This document shows, in pieces, positions 26,190 to 39,947 of a stretch of DNA of 64,000 bases. The translations under genes and the position numbers were made by a program. Source of the stretch: Bugula neritina (lineage: Eukaryota; Animalia; Bryozoa); the NCBI GenBank assembly GCA_964035545.1, contig OZ037766.1, forward strand, positions 26,440,343-26,504,342, in the 5' to 3' direction. How positions within the stretch are numbered: the stretch's first letter is position 1; each line of letters begins with the position of its first letter. A model generated the notes under the pieces. It was given only the letters and a program-made list of their open reading frames with translations. It was not told the origin of the DNA and did not search any database.

Positions 26190-29100
26190 AATTTCACAAA
26201 CTAAAATCATAAACAGACAAATGCATATATATATGGATTCAAAATATTGCAGATTCTGTATTTGTACCAAAATACTCAAGCTGATAATTGTATTATCATG
26301 CCTAGCGTAAAAACTACTGCAAATAACTACGAACTATAAGAGTATATGCTCGTCTATGGGAATCCCAGGCTATCATGTTAGTCACATTCCTCGAAAACCT
26401 TAAGCTCCCCAAGAATGGCTCTTCAACTACGATTTAATTCTTACTTACTGTAATGCATTTAATTAATCTTATTAGTAGTCTAAATAGATATGCATAACTC
26501 ACAGTCGCATAAGCATAATGACAGATATGCTCATAACTCACACTGATACTCACTCGCACAGACTGACACAGTTATAATAATACTTTTGGTTATAATAGTA
26601 CAATAACATCAGTAAAAGTTACTGTGACGAGCTGTTAGCTAAGCCTAATGATTAGACCCCTAAATATGACACTAATAGTATAATATATTCTACTATTAAA
26701 ACTAGAGTGGTGGTACCCCTAATGACCAAGGTAAGGTTTGATGCCCAACTCAATATGAATATGAATAGCTAAATACAAGTTCTTTGTTCAGGGCAAAGGT
26801 GATACTAACTTTAAATAAAGATTTGCTTCTAATGATTGGATATCAAATTGACTCTGACTACCACTATAACAGTTTACAACTATGAGACTAGAGTATCAAG
26901 CTGGGGCTCAGTATGAGAATGAATATCAGCTTTAGTAACAGTCCAATGCCCAAGGGCAATTGTTAACATAAGTAATATTATTGACTATGAATATCTGTCA
27001 GAGTCTCTGCTACATAATTTGACACTTTAAGTTGGTATATAAATCTTTTTAAAAGCCATAAAAAATTATAATGCTGCACAGTTAGTGTTGGTCAGTGTGA
27101 GATACCAAATGACTGAAATGAGTGTGACCACTTATTCAATAAGTTACAAATTAATGTCATTGCAATTGCTAAATAGTCTAATTTACTTTTAAGTTTTATT
27201 TTTAACTTTTAGCTCAAAGTTTTACCAGATTCGTAGTGTTGATTTCTATAACTCTAAAAGTACAAGCTGTAACACTAACTATAACTTTCGATTATACTAA
27301 TAGTATCAGTAATAAGTAATCCTGTAATGTCAATGGTTAAATCGGAATACTACGTCTACTATAACTATAAGTATCTATATTCATATTGGCTCTTGCACTT
27401 ACTCTTAAGTTATAGGTTAATCGTAGCGTTTCACCTTTGCTTTTTCTCGATTTGTAAATTTTAATACCCTTAAATAAGGAGAACGAACTGTAAATTTAAT
27501 AGTAAGTAGCCGTCCAAAACTCGGTGGGACTAAACGGGTAAGCCGAGATAAGATTTAAAGTTCGTCACTCTCACAGTGAAAGTAAAACTAAAATATCATT
27601 TGGCTTTGCTAAAAAGACAGAGTGACTATGGTGTGTTAAGGTATCACCATCAGACGATCAGTCACACTGAATACCATTCATTCGATTTCATGTCAAACTA
27701 TTAACCAATAAATCATTTACACCAAGACTATCACCATCACTATGACTATGCAGGTATGCTACCATGGAAACCATGCCCCAAGGATAACCTATTACATGCT
27801 AATAGATAAACCAATACAGTTACAATGGAATGCAATTAGGCTCAATGACCACATTTGAAAATCTTTAATTTTTGAGCTCATGACAAAACACTAACAGTAT
27901 GAATATCAATAAAAACATGCTTATATAACACAGATGATAGATGTCTAACTCAACTCACCATCACGGCCAGCAGTGTAGTGTAGCGATTAGTTGAGGAAAC
28001 TAGAGCAGCTGTACGGCGAATAGTAATTCTTGTCAGATTTGTCCTCTCATGGGCTCAAAACGAGTGCCTAGCTAAAGAGGTTATCCTATCGAATACAATA
28101 CAATACATTGTATTTCCTACGCATAATATTATTGTAAATAAATAAACAACACAAAATTGTAAGGAACTCCGTTAAAATCATCGCCTGCAGTTGCAAACAC
28201 CACTGGGATGTTAGCCTACTTATTTTATTGCTCATTTAATCTGTTACGCACCAGTTTGTGAATTAACAAATAAGAGTTGGCCATCACCTTTGTTTGATTT
28301 ATAATCTTCTAAATTAATGTTCTAACTTTCACAGGAACTGCATGAATCATCCTCTTTTATAAGGTTGTTATCATGTGCGTATCAGAAAAATAGACTATAG
28401 AAGTATTGTCATCTACTGCCAAGTTTCAAATGCAGTGTTAAGATTGCCCATGTGGTTATAGCCCCTCTACTGTAATAGTTGGCCGCTAGCTTTCAAGCCA
28501 AACGACTGCGTTTTTAATCCTAGCTAGCTTGAGAGCAAAATTTTTCTATTCTGTGTTGGTGTGATAATATATGTGCATCTATATTGTTCTGTCATTTGGC
28601 TTTAGATATTGTGCAATAATTTTTTTCACCTTTTAGGTTGTTTAAATTGTTGTTTATGTTTTAGCATATTAAATGTTCACCTCAGCTCATCTCGCTTACC
28701 AGCCCTACCACAGGTTTGATTTATCACATGAGACCCAAATAATGATCTGTATTTTAACCAAGTTTTTTTAACTCCTAACTAGTTAAAAATTGATGCACAC
28801 ATCTTTAATAATAGAAGCTTCCAATATTAGATCTTTTATTTGCTACACAAAGTCTAAACCAGCAAAAAATAATATTTTTTTAAATTAAGCTATAGTCTAC
28901 AACTTCACAAATAAAATGAATAATTCATATTTATTTAAGTTTAGTGGATGCATGCTCCTGCAGGCTGATGATGTTGTATTTACAATAAAGCTCTTAGAGC
29001 AATAGTTGACCATGTGTGCATAATAAATAATAATAACTTGCCTTCAATGTTTAAGAAATAAATTGCATCCAAGTTTACAAGCCAAAGTAGCCATGTATAA

Positions 29101-31245
29101 ATGTGTTTCCCCTTCTTACTTATGCTGATTGCTTTACTAGACTTATTTTTCTTGTGGTGTTTGAAAAGTAATAATTATAATAATAATAGACTAGTAATCA
29201 TAGAAGGAGCTATAGCAATAAAATAATAATCTTGTTTATTGCATAAATTTGAACAAAAGCAAATAAAGAGTTTAGAGTTGTGTTCACATTGCTACATTTC
29301 TCACGCGAGTACGCACCTGCGCGACACAACATTAATATAACCTTTAACCCTTTGCCTTTAACCCTGTCGGTTGGAGCCACTGAACTGAAACTACAACATT
29401 AACTGCAAAGTTATAGTTGAATGGTTGGGGCTAAGTTAAAGTTTCAAAATAATAATATATCCACGTTCATCACTCATGTTGGTAATGGCAATGTGTACTA
29501 ATTGTAATATTAATAGTTACTACAGATATTAAATGAACAGTTATTAAAATTCAGTCTAGTGCCATAATGATAATGATAATCATAATCATAATGATAATGA
29601 TAATCATACTGATACTCATACTCATACTCATACTGTGATATTGATAAACTTATAATCAATATCATAAATGATAATCATAATCATAGTGACATTGATTATC
29701 ATTAGACGGTAAACAATTTAATCCTAAATTGCATCACTATGATAATGATCATCATGAGCAAGATTTAATTTTATACTGATATCTAACTTTCAGTGACTAT
29801 GGAGTATGTCTATTACTATTACTATTAGTATTACTCCTATAGTCTATAACTTTTAACTTATATTTAAACTTATAAGTATGTAAATATAATTTTCAAATAA
29901 GATATATCAGAATTAATCATTGCTCTTAGTATTAATATTAGTATTACTATTACTATTAGTATTTAATAATTTATATTTATGGTGATGCTGATATTCATAC
30001 TGATACTGATGTTCATATTGTAAGTATTAGTTATGCCATGGCCCATGAGGCCTGACATATATTTATAACACTTTAAAATTAACACATCATCCATTTAACC
30101 TCTAGTCAAACAAAAGAGTGCTTTTGAGTGTTTGATATCGTCAAAGGTATTAAACATGGCAACAGTGCTTCACAGACACATGTATGGTGAATATTGATTT
30201 ATATTCATAATTGATATTCACATATTGATGTTGATGCTGGGGGGGGGGTCATACCTAATACTTTTTAGTTGTAGCCACTAGTTTACATCGTAAATATAAC
30301 TTTTGTTATAGTAATATATGATTTTAATAAATTTAGTAATTAAATCATGCCTCACTTGGAGTCATTTTTCTTGTGCCTTTGAACTTGAATTTAAGTTGTT
30401 GGTAGCATAAGTACTATTGACGCGTAATTTACCTTACTATTACCATGCTAAGACTCTTTTTTCGGCTGATTTAAATTTTGTAGATTGATTGTCTAAACTC
30501 TGGCTCTAAACTATTATGAGGTGCCTGTCGTAAATGGAAGCCTGGGCTGAGTTGGTAGGTAAATAAGTTGTTATATTAAAACAAAACACCGAGGTCCTAG
30601 TGTATATATAGATAAATGTTATAGTTGTCGTATCACCATCATAGAGAAAGCTTTTTCTGCTATTAAACTGAAAAGTTCGGATGTGATAATGATGGTCCAT
30701 ATTTGCATAAATTAGCTTTATTCTTTAGTTGACTATGTATGATCCTTTGAAATCTGAAGGTTCCATACTAAGTGATCGTTTGGGATGCAAATTCTCTAAT
30801 GTAAAACCAAAATACTTGTAACACAGATTCAACAATTATTTCTAAAGTTAGGTCACAAGCAATACATTGGTATAATAATTTTATAACATAAAAATCCAGC
30901 CATGAAAACAAAACATGGTTTTGGCAAATTTAGCATAAATTTCACCCTCTTTCTTACTTTATTTCAAAGATATTAAGATTTAGTAGTCTAAGAGAGAGCA
31001 GCTCAAAGCTATGGATTGTAGAGCAGTGGTTAAAACTCGGTTGTTCGTTTTAGCTTCAATTCTTAAAAAAAGAACTTCCCTAGTAGTCTGAACTTAGTCT
31101 ATCAATTAAATATTTTGGTCATTTTATTTTGTAGGGAGTTTTCACCCCAGCCACTATACAGTTAGTAGCAATAACACTAGTCTCACTCCTTGCTTGTTAC
31201 TTCATATTCAACATATACAATTTCTTTTTCTACCAATCTTTTAGA

Positions 31246-34078
31246 ATGGTAAGTAATATTTGACATTTCTTTTGCAGTATTCTACATTCCTTCCAAGAAC
31301 CAACATGTATTTGATTTTTAAGTGTTGAACACTGTTCATATAATACTTGTGTCCATATTTCTCAAAATTGAAATCTACTCACTAATCATGTTTGTAAAAC
31401 ATTTGGGATTCACCTTAGCTCTAACAATATGAGCACATTCTACAGACACTAGTTCTTAGCATTTCCAGTGTAATTGTTATTTCTCTCTCTAATACTTGTA
31501 TTAACATGGTGTACTTGTCAATATTGTTATGTGTTTAAGACAAGCCAAGAGAAAGGGATTGTTTTTTGCTATCATATGTTTTGGTTGGACATGTTGTTAG
31601 TGTAGAGACTAACTGTTGAAAATCTCAGAATACTGATAGGCAGTGTTAAGAAAACCTGTCTGTTGATGGATTTTTATTATATCAAACTGCTTACAGGCTA
31701 CAGATGGAATTTCGTTAGATTTACCAGAAAACACAGTGCATATCAGCATGAACAACAACGTAAGTTTAACTTACTATTCTATTGCTAAATAGTAAACTTA
31801 TTATTCTTTTACTAAATACTTATTTTACTGAAGCGTTTTATATTGAAGGGTTTGAATGGCTTTGGTGTATCATGAGAAAGTTTTACCCTGGTAGTGAAGC
31901 TTGGTTGATATCATTGTAGAGCTGTACTCTCAGTTATATTGAGGTTTCACCAACAGATGGAGAAAGTAAGCCAAACGTCTTGCTGCTACATGGCCAGAAG
32001 TTTAATGCCAGTACATGGGACAAAGATACCGGGACTATGAGCAAGTTACAAGATTGGGGGTACAGGGCTGTGGCCGTTAACATCAGAGATGAGTATACCT
32101 CACAGTGTAAGTAATATTGTAACCTTATTTATGCTCAACATCTGAATATATAGTGAGTAGACAACTTTGCAAGTATTTGTAGACAAAAATTTTGCTAAAA
32201 GCTATTTTAGTGGGTATTTTATTCAGTAAAAATACTTTGACAAATTCTCATGTCATATTCAGAGTATTTTTGTATTCTAAGCAAGCATTTTAATACAAGT
32301 CACTGTAATTTTTTTGACTTGACTAATAGTTGATAGTCTTAGTTGTGAACAGTGCGAGTCTCCCCACATGACAGGTCATATTTGTTCTGAGTTTAGTTAG
32401 TGTAGAACTCGATTCAACTGGATCCGCTATTAAGGGTTAGATTTGGAATAGTTCGAGTGGATGAAGGATTTTTACATGTCACTGCAAAACAAAACCAATT
32501 CAACTGTTTGAGGAGCTGTAACAAATCATGATGTCCCTAATAACTTCACTCAGCTATACTGTGCTACTATAATTGAATCACAATATTTTGTCCAACAGGT
32601 AAAAGTGTCTAATTACTTTTGTTTTCTCTAGGAGTGATTGTTTATTTTATTATTGCAAAAGATAAATTTGCCTTATGGCTGTAGGGTTCAGACCTTTGAA
32701 TATGAACTATAGTGTAGCATAGCCCAGGTACGCTATTGACCTTTTTTAGTTTATTGTGTGACTTCACTGAATGTAGACTTACAAATATGTTGAGCGTCTT
32801 GCTAACTTTCAAGTCTCGAGTCATCTTCATTCCAATTATATTGTTGGTTGTCACCAGTTGACTAGGATTGCCTTTCTAATCATGGTATATTAATATTTAT
32901 TGATTTATTGATTTATTGCATATCACAGACATGACAACACGTTGCGAAATTCAGTGTAAATACTGGCTATAATATAAGTAGGCATGAACAAAAATGAAAG
33001 AAAAAAATGTCAAAAGTCAAAACTCTGTTGGATTATTTGAAATAGAAACTCATTTAAACTGACTTTAGCTGAGACATGGTGGATTTTCTCCACCATGACT
33101 GAAGAATATAAGAATCTTATGACTTGCCCTGACAGTCCCTAGGTTTAGCGTTGCTAAAGTTTGGTTATAATATGCTAGGTACTGATGGCTCAGAGGAAAA
33201 CAAAGCAATACTAGTCCATAAGCTAATAGAGACACTGAAGTTGAAGAAAGTGGTCATAGTAAGCCCTTCAATGTCTGGTACGTTTTCAGTACCATATGTT
33301 ACCTGCGGTAGATATGATGATGAAATAGTGGGCTATATACCGGTAGCTCCAGTTATTCACTCTTCCTATTCTGAGGATAGCTTCAAGAAACTTACTAAGG
33401 TATGTGCTGGTACTAGTTGTATTTCCTACATGTTGATAACAACATATATAGCGGCTTAACATAATTAATGTTGCTAAATGTTTACTGAAAGTTACTGAAA
33501 GGTCCTTCATTACAAGGTATTACCTGAATAGTGAGATACTATTGTTCTCTTCTTTCAATCTAAATTAAAGTGTTCAACTTAAAAGTTAATTTTCTCCTTG
33601 TGCTGTGTGACAGAATTAGGAGTTGTACTCCCTGTTACACACGTATTTAACTTACCATGCAACCTTAAATTTATTGGTTAGCTCAATAATTTATTCTTTT
33701 TTGAAGTTTTAATTATCATTCAATTTTTGTAATGGTTGGTTTAGTGATTTCTGTATAAAATTGTTATAAGTGTTACAATGAATGTATTTATTAGCTAGGT
33801 TAATTATTTGTTTATTTATTTATTTTGCGTGGTTTAAAATAATTTTGAACATATTTGAAATAATTGTTGTAAATGTTGCCATGTGTTTGTTGAAGCTGAA
33901 GGTCCTAATAGTTCAAGGTGAGAACGATAAGCTGCCCATAGCTTCAAGAAGTATGAAACTCCTCCAAAACATTCCCAACAGCAATGTCGTCATTATCGCA
34001 GAAGCTGGGCATCCCTGTTATCTAAACCAGCCAATAGTATGGCACCAGCACCTTCGGGACTTTCTGTCTGCGTTGTAG
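31246..34078 (+). CDS. ABHD14B: ABHD14-like alpha/beta hydrolase; exons (31135/31246)-31248, ~31697-31759, ~31919-32106, 33179-33399, 33896-34078
   Basis: VLLLHGQKFNASTW, WGYRAVAV, nucleophile motif VIVSPSMSG, GYIPVAPV, VQGEND and AGHPCYL give the ABHD14 Ser-Asp-His triad. AATAAA at 34418. The start codon is uncertain. Confidence 0.85.
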
Positions 34079-34819
34079 TTTGAGGCTAGGGTTGCTGTAA
34101 CTCAATTCACTTCCAAAAGTGATTGTTTTGTTTTGTTTATGTGCTCATATTATTTTATATTATAATGATATTAATATGTAGTTTGATGTTATATTGCCAT
34201 ATTTTCGTAGTCATTCATATACAAAGCGTATTTTTGGTTATGTAGCATGATTTAAGGCAACACACTGTTTGTATGGTATGACTTATTTTGCTATAGACTT
34301 AGCACACCGTATCCGTTAGATTTTTTATATTCTTGCCATGATTTGCATTATAAGATGTCCTGATTTACTTGCCATGTTTAATCATATTCTATTTCATAGC
34401 AAAGCATTATTTTATGCAATAAAATTATATTCTGATCACAGCTACTATTTCGAATTTTTTAGCTGAGCACTTTTCTGGCTGAGTCAGTTTCTTGTACAAA
34501 TATACTAATAGCCAAGTCTCATAATGTAATATTTATAGTGAAGGAGCTGAGAGCTCTCGTAATATTCATGAGCACTCATTGTAACACCAACATAGCAAAA
34601 ATCTGTTTTCTCGTATGGTACAAATTTGTAATGCCCCCATACCCATGTAAACTATAATTTCTGTTACACTCTGACATGGTACTCATGCTATGTATTGGGT
34701 AAATGTAGCTGCAGCATCAGTTTTTCCATAAAAAGAAATATATTTTTACCAAAAAATTTTCCATGTTATCTTGATAGTTTAATTAATTGAAATATGGGCT
34801 ATTATACTATCATGCCCAC

Positions 34820-34920
34820 CACCACACACGCACAATACACACAACAAAACACACCCCACACACACAAAACACCGCATACATACACACAACACACCGCATA
34901 CATACACACGCACATGCACA
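34820..34920. repeat. Degenerate (CA)n microsatellite
   Basis: CACACACGCACAATACACACAAC... run. Confidence 0.85.
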
Positions 34921-36332
34921 ATACTATTTTGGACCCGATGGCGCACATAAAGATACTCTCTTTTAACTTATAAAGTATTGTAAATTCCATTTCCTTCTGG
35001 TAACTAATCATTTTGAAACAAAATTAATAAACTTAGCCTAAGGCCCTCAACTTTACTTAAAATTGGGCCGCTCTTCAATTTCCTCCTTCTTTAAAGAAAT
35101 CTTAAAGTAATTGCAAAGTTCAAGCTTATCCATTAAATTTCCTGCATGCATTACCCGATAATTACTCTCAGTTGATACATGCTGTTATAATCTATATATT
35201 ATATATTAAATAAGTTAAAATGGTTATAAATATTACAAAGTATAGCAAAAGAATAGTGAGTTGAAGTGAAAACACTCAGAAGTAAGTAATTAGTTTAATA
35301 TATCCACATCATCTAATGTATAATTTCTCCTCTTCATCTATTTTCATTAAAATTATTAGCTTTAGATAAATTGAATTGCATGGAGCATCAATAGAGCGAG
35401 TTCTTGATAAAATCATTATTTGCAAACACTCGGTGAGCTTCGGCTGCCACCCGAAACAGAAAGTGGAGTTACTAGATCTAAGTTTGTGAATGCAATTAGA
35501 ATTCACATCTTATAGAGATGGAATACAATACATATTAGGTAGCAGCTGGTACAGACAACATTACATTTAGCAACATTACAAATAATAACATTGAATAATA
35601 ATACAAGCACCATTGACAGTGAGTGGTCAGAGCAGAGCGCAGTGCATGGTGTACTAGACTGTTTGCATGATACATTTATATAGTCAGGGAAATAATCTGG
35701 TTTGGAAAACTTATCAGTTTAAGGTGAGACTATGGAAATTTTATTTTCAAACTAGCAGTTTATTATATCTTATGTTTTGTATAAATGGAAAGAGTTGTGT
35801 AGTTAAAGTATACTGCACATAGTGATCTAGTAGCTTCTTTTCATGATTGCAATGCAATGATAAATTTACAAAATAAATGCAAATTATATGCATAAAATCA
35901 AAATGACTGCCGTTGGTGTGATACTTATAAATTTATCATTTAAAAGTAAATTAAAATTCTTTTCTCCCTGAAAATTTTGAAAAGTATAACATCACGAATA
36001 TTATTAAATTTATGTTTTCATTGTATGATGCATAGGAATTTATAAATATTCACCTTTTACTGCCATGTCCTTATCAAGCAGTGGGATGTCTTGAATATAT
36101 TTAATTAAATATATTATTAAATTAAGGCAAGTTATTTCAACAAAAAATATCTTGACTACAATTTCCTTACACTTTTTGTGAAACTTTTACCACTTGACAC
36201 TGCACATTGTGAAGAATTCACATTAATTTGTTATGATATATAACTCTGGTATTATATAACATTTATGTCGTTAACCTCCAGTGATTTCACCACAGCTAAA
36301 ATAAACAAGACCAATAACCACCAAGAATAGCA

Positions 36333-39300
36333 ATGAGTATAAAAAAGAAGCTTGGGCAAGTAGACAGATCCTTCAATGGAGCAACTGACAGAAGGATGAA
36401 GTGTAGTCAGCTTAGCTCTGCTCCTGCTGCCTCTTCTCACACTACCGATTGCTTACTCGATTTATCTGTGCCACGTCGAAGCATTTCTAGCGCAGGTTAG
36501 AATTATATACGTTTCTAATATATTACCCCTATATATATTTCTTCAAGTACATTTGTTCCAAGCACCTGCTACATAGCCTCTATAGAGTTATTTGTAATTC
36601 TGGCAGCACTGTAAAAGGTGTTATGCAGTCATCACTACATTCTCATAGTTTTACAAGTTGGCATGATCAGTTCACCTGGTTGAAATATTGTATAGGCTTA
36701 ATATCCAAAAGTTGCACGTGTATTTTTTTGCAACTTTGGTAACTTAATTTGCATGAATTGACATTAACACGCCATGGCTGATGCTCTCTTTAATAACTAC
36801 AGTTGAAGTAAGTTTTCTAAGTTACAAATTTATGAATATTAGTGATTGTAAATTGCTATAAATATGCTATAATGAGATGGTTCAAGCAAAACAATGAGCG
36901 CTTTCAAATCAAACCACTTGGTGAGCATTAATTGACAATACTTCTATCAATCTTTAGGTGTGACTCACTGATCGAAAACTACATCTTAATTTTAAGCTTC
37001 TTACCTTTACAAAAATGTATATTCAGAGAGTGAAATACAGCACGACAGTGAGGCCTACACCCCTGGAGCTCACCAACAAAGATATTTACAGCCAGACCGA
37101 GAGTATGATGAAGAGACACACAAACAGAGGCGGTACAGAACTACGTTTACCAGCAATCAGCTAGAAGAGTTAGAGACTGTTTTCAATAAAACTCATTACC
37201 CTGATGTCTTCTGCAGGTATGCTTTATTTATTAAGAAACTTAATTAATTATGAAGTTTGCAGTTGGAAGAAGTATATTCTGGCATTTCTAGTCTCTACAC
37301 CTCAAACTTTGAAGTCAAAACTGCAAACTCATCAAAATTTATAATTAACCAAATTGACCTCAAATTTAATTCAGGTTCTGGCCATTCATTTTCCAACTTG
37401 TCATAATGTTTTATTAAGTAATGCCTGTTACTACAGTTCAACTCTTTCTTAGGCATCTTTAAAGATTAGCAGAATAAGTTAGTACAATAACTATCTAATG
37501 CTTCCTAATATCTGAATACAAGTACAACCCAAGACTCTGGAATTTTCCATTGTGTTACTAATTATAAAACTCTCAGGACAAACTAAGACTTTTGTTATAT
37601 TGCATTAGATTAAAGGTAACATATATTCTCAGAACAAGCACCCAATTGTATTGCATTTGGCATTTATATATAAAAACGTTTTTAAAGGTAAGAAAATATT
37701 ATTTTTACAGCATTAATAACATCTAACAAGTACTTACTAATTGCAGGGAAGATCTGGCTAATAAATTAGGCCTCTCAGAAGCTAGAATACAGGTTAGTTG
37801 TTTTATTTGCTAAGATATCAGACTAAAAATATTTTAGACCAAACTCCAGTATACTGAGGACTTTTAATTTTTCACCCATAAGAAATAACAGGGAAATTTT
37901 AATTGCCCAAGTTCCTCTGAATTGTTTAACCATTTTGCTTGAAGCGTATTCTGAAATATTTTCAAGAACTAACTTTTTTTGTTGCATTGTCACAAAACTA
38001 TGGCAGCAGTGTGACGAGTTCGAAAAGTCTGGTAGTCAGAAGTGTGTAGACAAGTAGCATACAGCTTCCTAATCCAGTTGAGAGTAAATAGAGTTGTGAA
38101 TATAAGTAGACTTTATTTCTCCAGCAAGATATGCACAGATGAACTTATGAAAAGGAACTGATTTGTAAACACAACTGCCTCAGTATTTATAGTAAACAGA
38201 AAAATTCTAGAACATTCTCAAGCATTCCAGTATAGAAAATTCTAGCAGAAAACATTCTTCACATGCCAATACTACTCAGATGGAAAATCAAAACAAAGTA
38301 AAACATTGGAATTTCCATGGTTATTTTGCAATTATTGCGCAACACCTTGTTTACATTGCTGGGCAGCAGTTAACATGATCATTTTTGGCAATCTTACATG
38401 TATGCTATGTTGAAAAGAAATTTCTCTAACCAGATTTCAGACCTCTTACCTTATAAACAATATACTCATTTAACAAAGCTGAGGTATTATGCAATAGTCT
38501 ACCACAATTGAATTTCATTACATGAAACACCTACATAACAAAACAGTGCAAAAATTACTCAGATAATTTTAATTTACACTAATTTCTTCTTAACATCAGA
38601 ATGGAAGGAGTAAAGACAATAATTCCAGCTTTTTTTAAGAGTCAATTATTTTACTGTAGCGCTCATATTGATTCTACGATGTTTCCCCACTTTCTTCTTT
38701 AACTACCTTTTCTCATTCCACTTGAGGTTATCAGTGCAAATTGTGGTTTCAACGGTCCCACCTATAGTTACAGTAATAACTCTATTATTAGCTATTTGCT
38801 TTTTTCTGCAATCTTCTTGCTAGCTTACTGCCCTTTTTCCCTAATTTATTAAATTTCAATTCTCTCTTACCATATCCCAATTCTACTCATGTGTGTTTAT
38901 ATGATTAAGCCTAGGGTTTGTTTTCCCCATCTAATGTCATTTCTAACTTCCCTTACATTTGAAATGCATACTTTATAGTGTAGCAGCTCCGTATTGTTAC
39001 TTTAAAGTAGTTCTTCTATTTAAAAACAATTGTCATAACAAAATCAACATTATGGTAAGCTGTTTTCATGGTAAAAGGCTTAAGATTAGCAGCTGGCCAA
39101 GTCTTATACAATACCAGATGACTAGAGTAAGTGTATTAATATGAAACATTTTCCACTTTTAGTAAGTTAGCATAATCAGCTAGGTAAAGAAGCTGCAACT
39201 CTACTTTACCCTAACTGTATGTTACAAATTATTATCTTGTGTACATATTTTATTTGCAAGGTGTGGTTTCAAAACAGAAGAGCTAAATGGAGAAAAAAAG

Positions 39301-39947
39301 AGAAAATAAGTAGCACTGCAGTGGCTAGCATTAGCAACCCTTATGTTGCTGGTTTACTTGCAGGTAAATGTGAAGTTTTTATTACAAGGCTTATATAACC
39401 TATAACTATACTGTATTAATTGCAGCAGCAGTTATCTTATCATAAGTATAAGTTATAACCATGTTGAATAATAATGTATTTAAATTTCTAACTTGTCTAG
39501 TAATTCTCTTTATTCTTATACTACTGTAATTGCATATAATCCTAATGGAAAAGATGGGGGAGGTCTTGATACAGCCGCAATGTGGAGAGGTTGAAGAATT
39601 TTAAACTTGGGCCTATGCTTTCAGTATTTTATTTTGCAGGCCAACAGTCACAGGGAATGTCATTGGATGGTTTTTCACCGTACTCAATGACTTCTCCATT
39701 TCTACAACAAACTGGTGCGCTCTCAATGCACCACCCGCATAGGGCAGCAATCCAGTCGCATGGATCACTGGCAACATATATTGATACCATGCAAAGACTT
39801 GGCCTCTTCAATTTCAACTACAACAAAGGAGGGGGTTCACCGTCCCCGCTGAGCTTCTTTCCCATGAGCAGTGTAGCCAGCTCCTTGGCTTCTTCAAGCC
39901 CAATTGACGTAAAGAAGAGTGCCTCATACAGCTATGCCAAACCTTGA
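36333..39947 (+). CDS. PRD-class Q50 homeobox gene, aristaless/Arx-like; exons 36333-36495, 37027-37216, 37747-37792, 39261-39363, 39640-39947
   Basis: Spliced homeodomain [60 protein letters not shown], with the PRD-typical intron between IQ and VWF. All phases join. Exon 1 is the least certain. Confidence 0.9.
38010..38344 (-). mobile_element. Solo-LTR-like element in homeobox intron 3
   Basis: Minus strand starts TGTTGCG and ends CGTCACA, with TATAAATA (~38184-38191) followed by AATAAA (~38112-38117), in U3-R-U5 order. No 4-6 bp TSD immediately at the TG...CA ends. Confidence 0.5.

Noticed and set aside
33121-33132. GAC TTG CCC TGA (DLP-stop) as a recoded or selenocysteine version of the missing DLPG motif
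   Set aside because: It lies in the inferred intron, has no supporting acceptor or frame continuity, and no SECIS element was recognised. Most likely chance.
34770-37260. TAAT/ATTA palindromes as homeodomain autoregulatory sites
   Set aside because: Expected by chance at this AT content.
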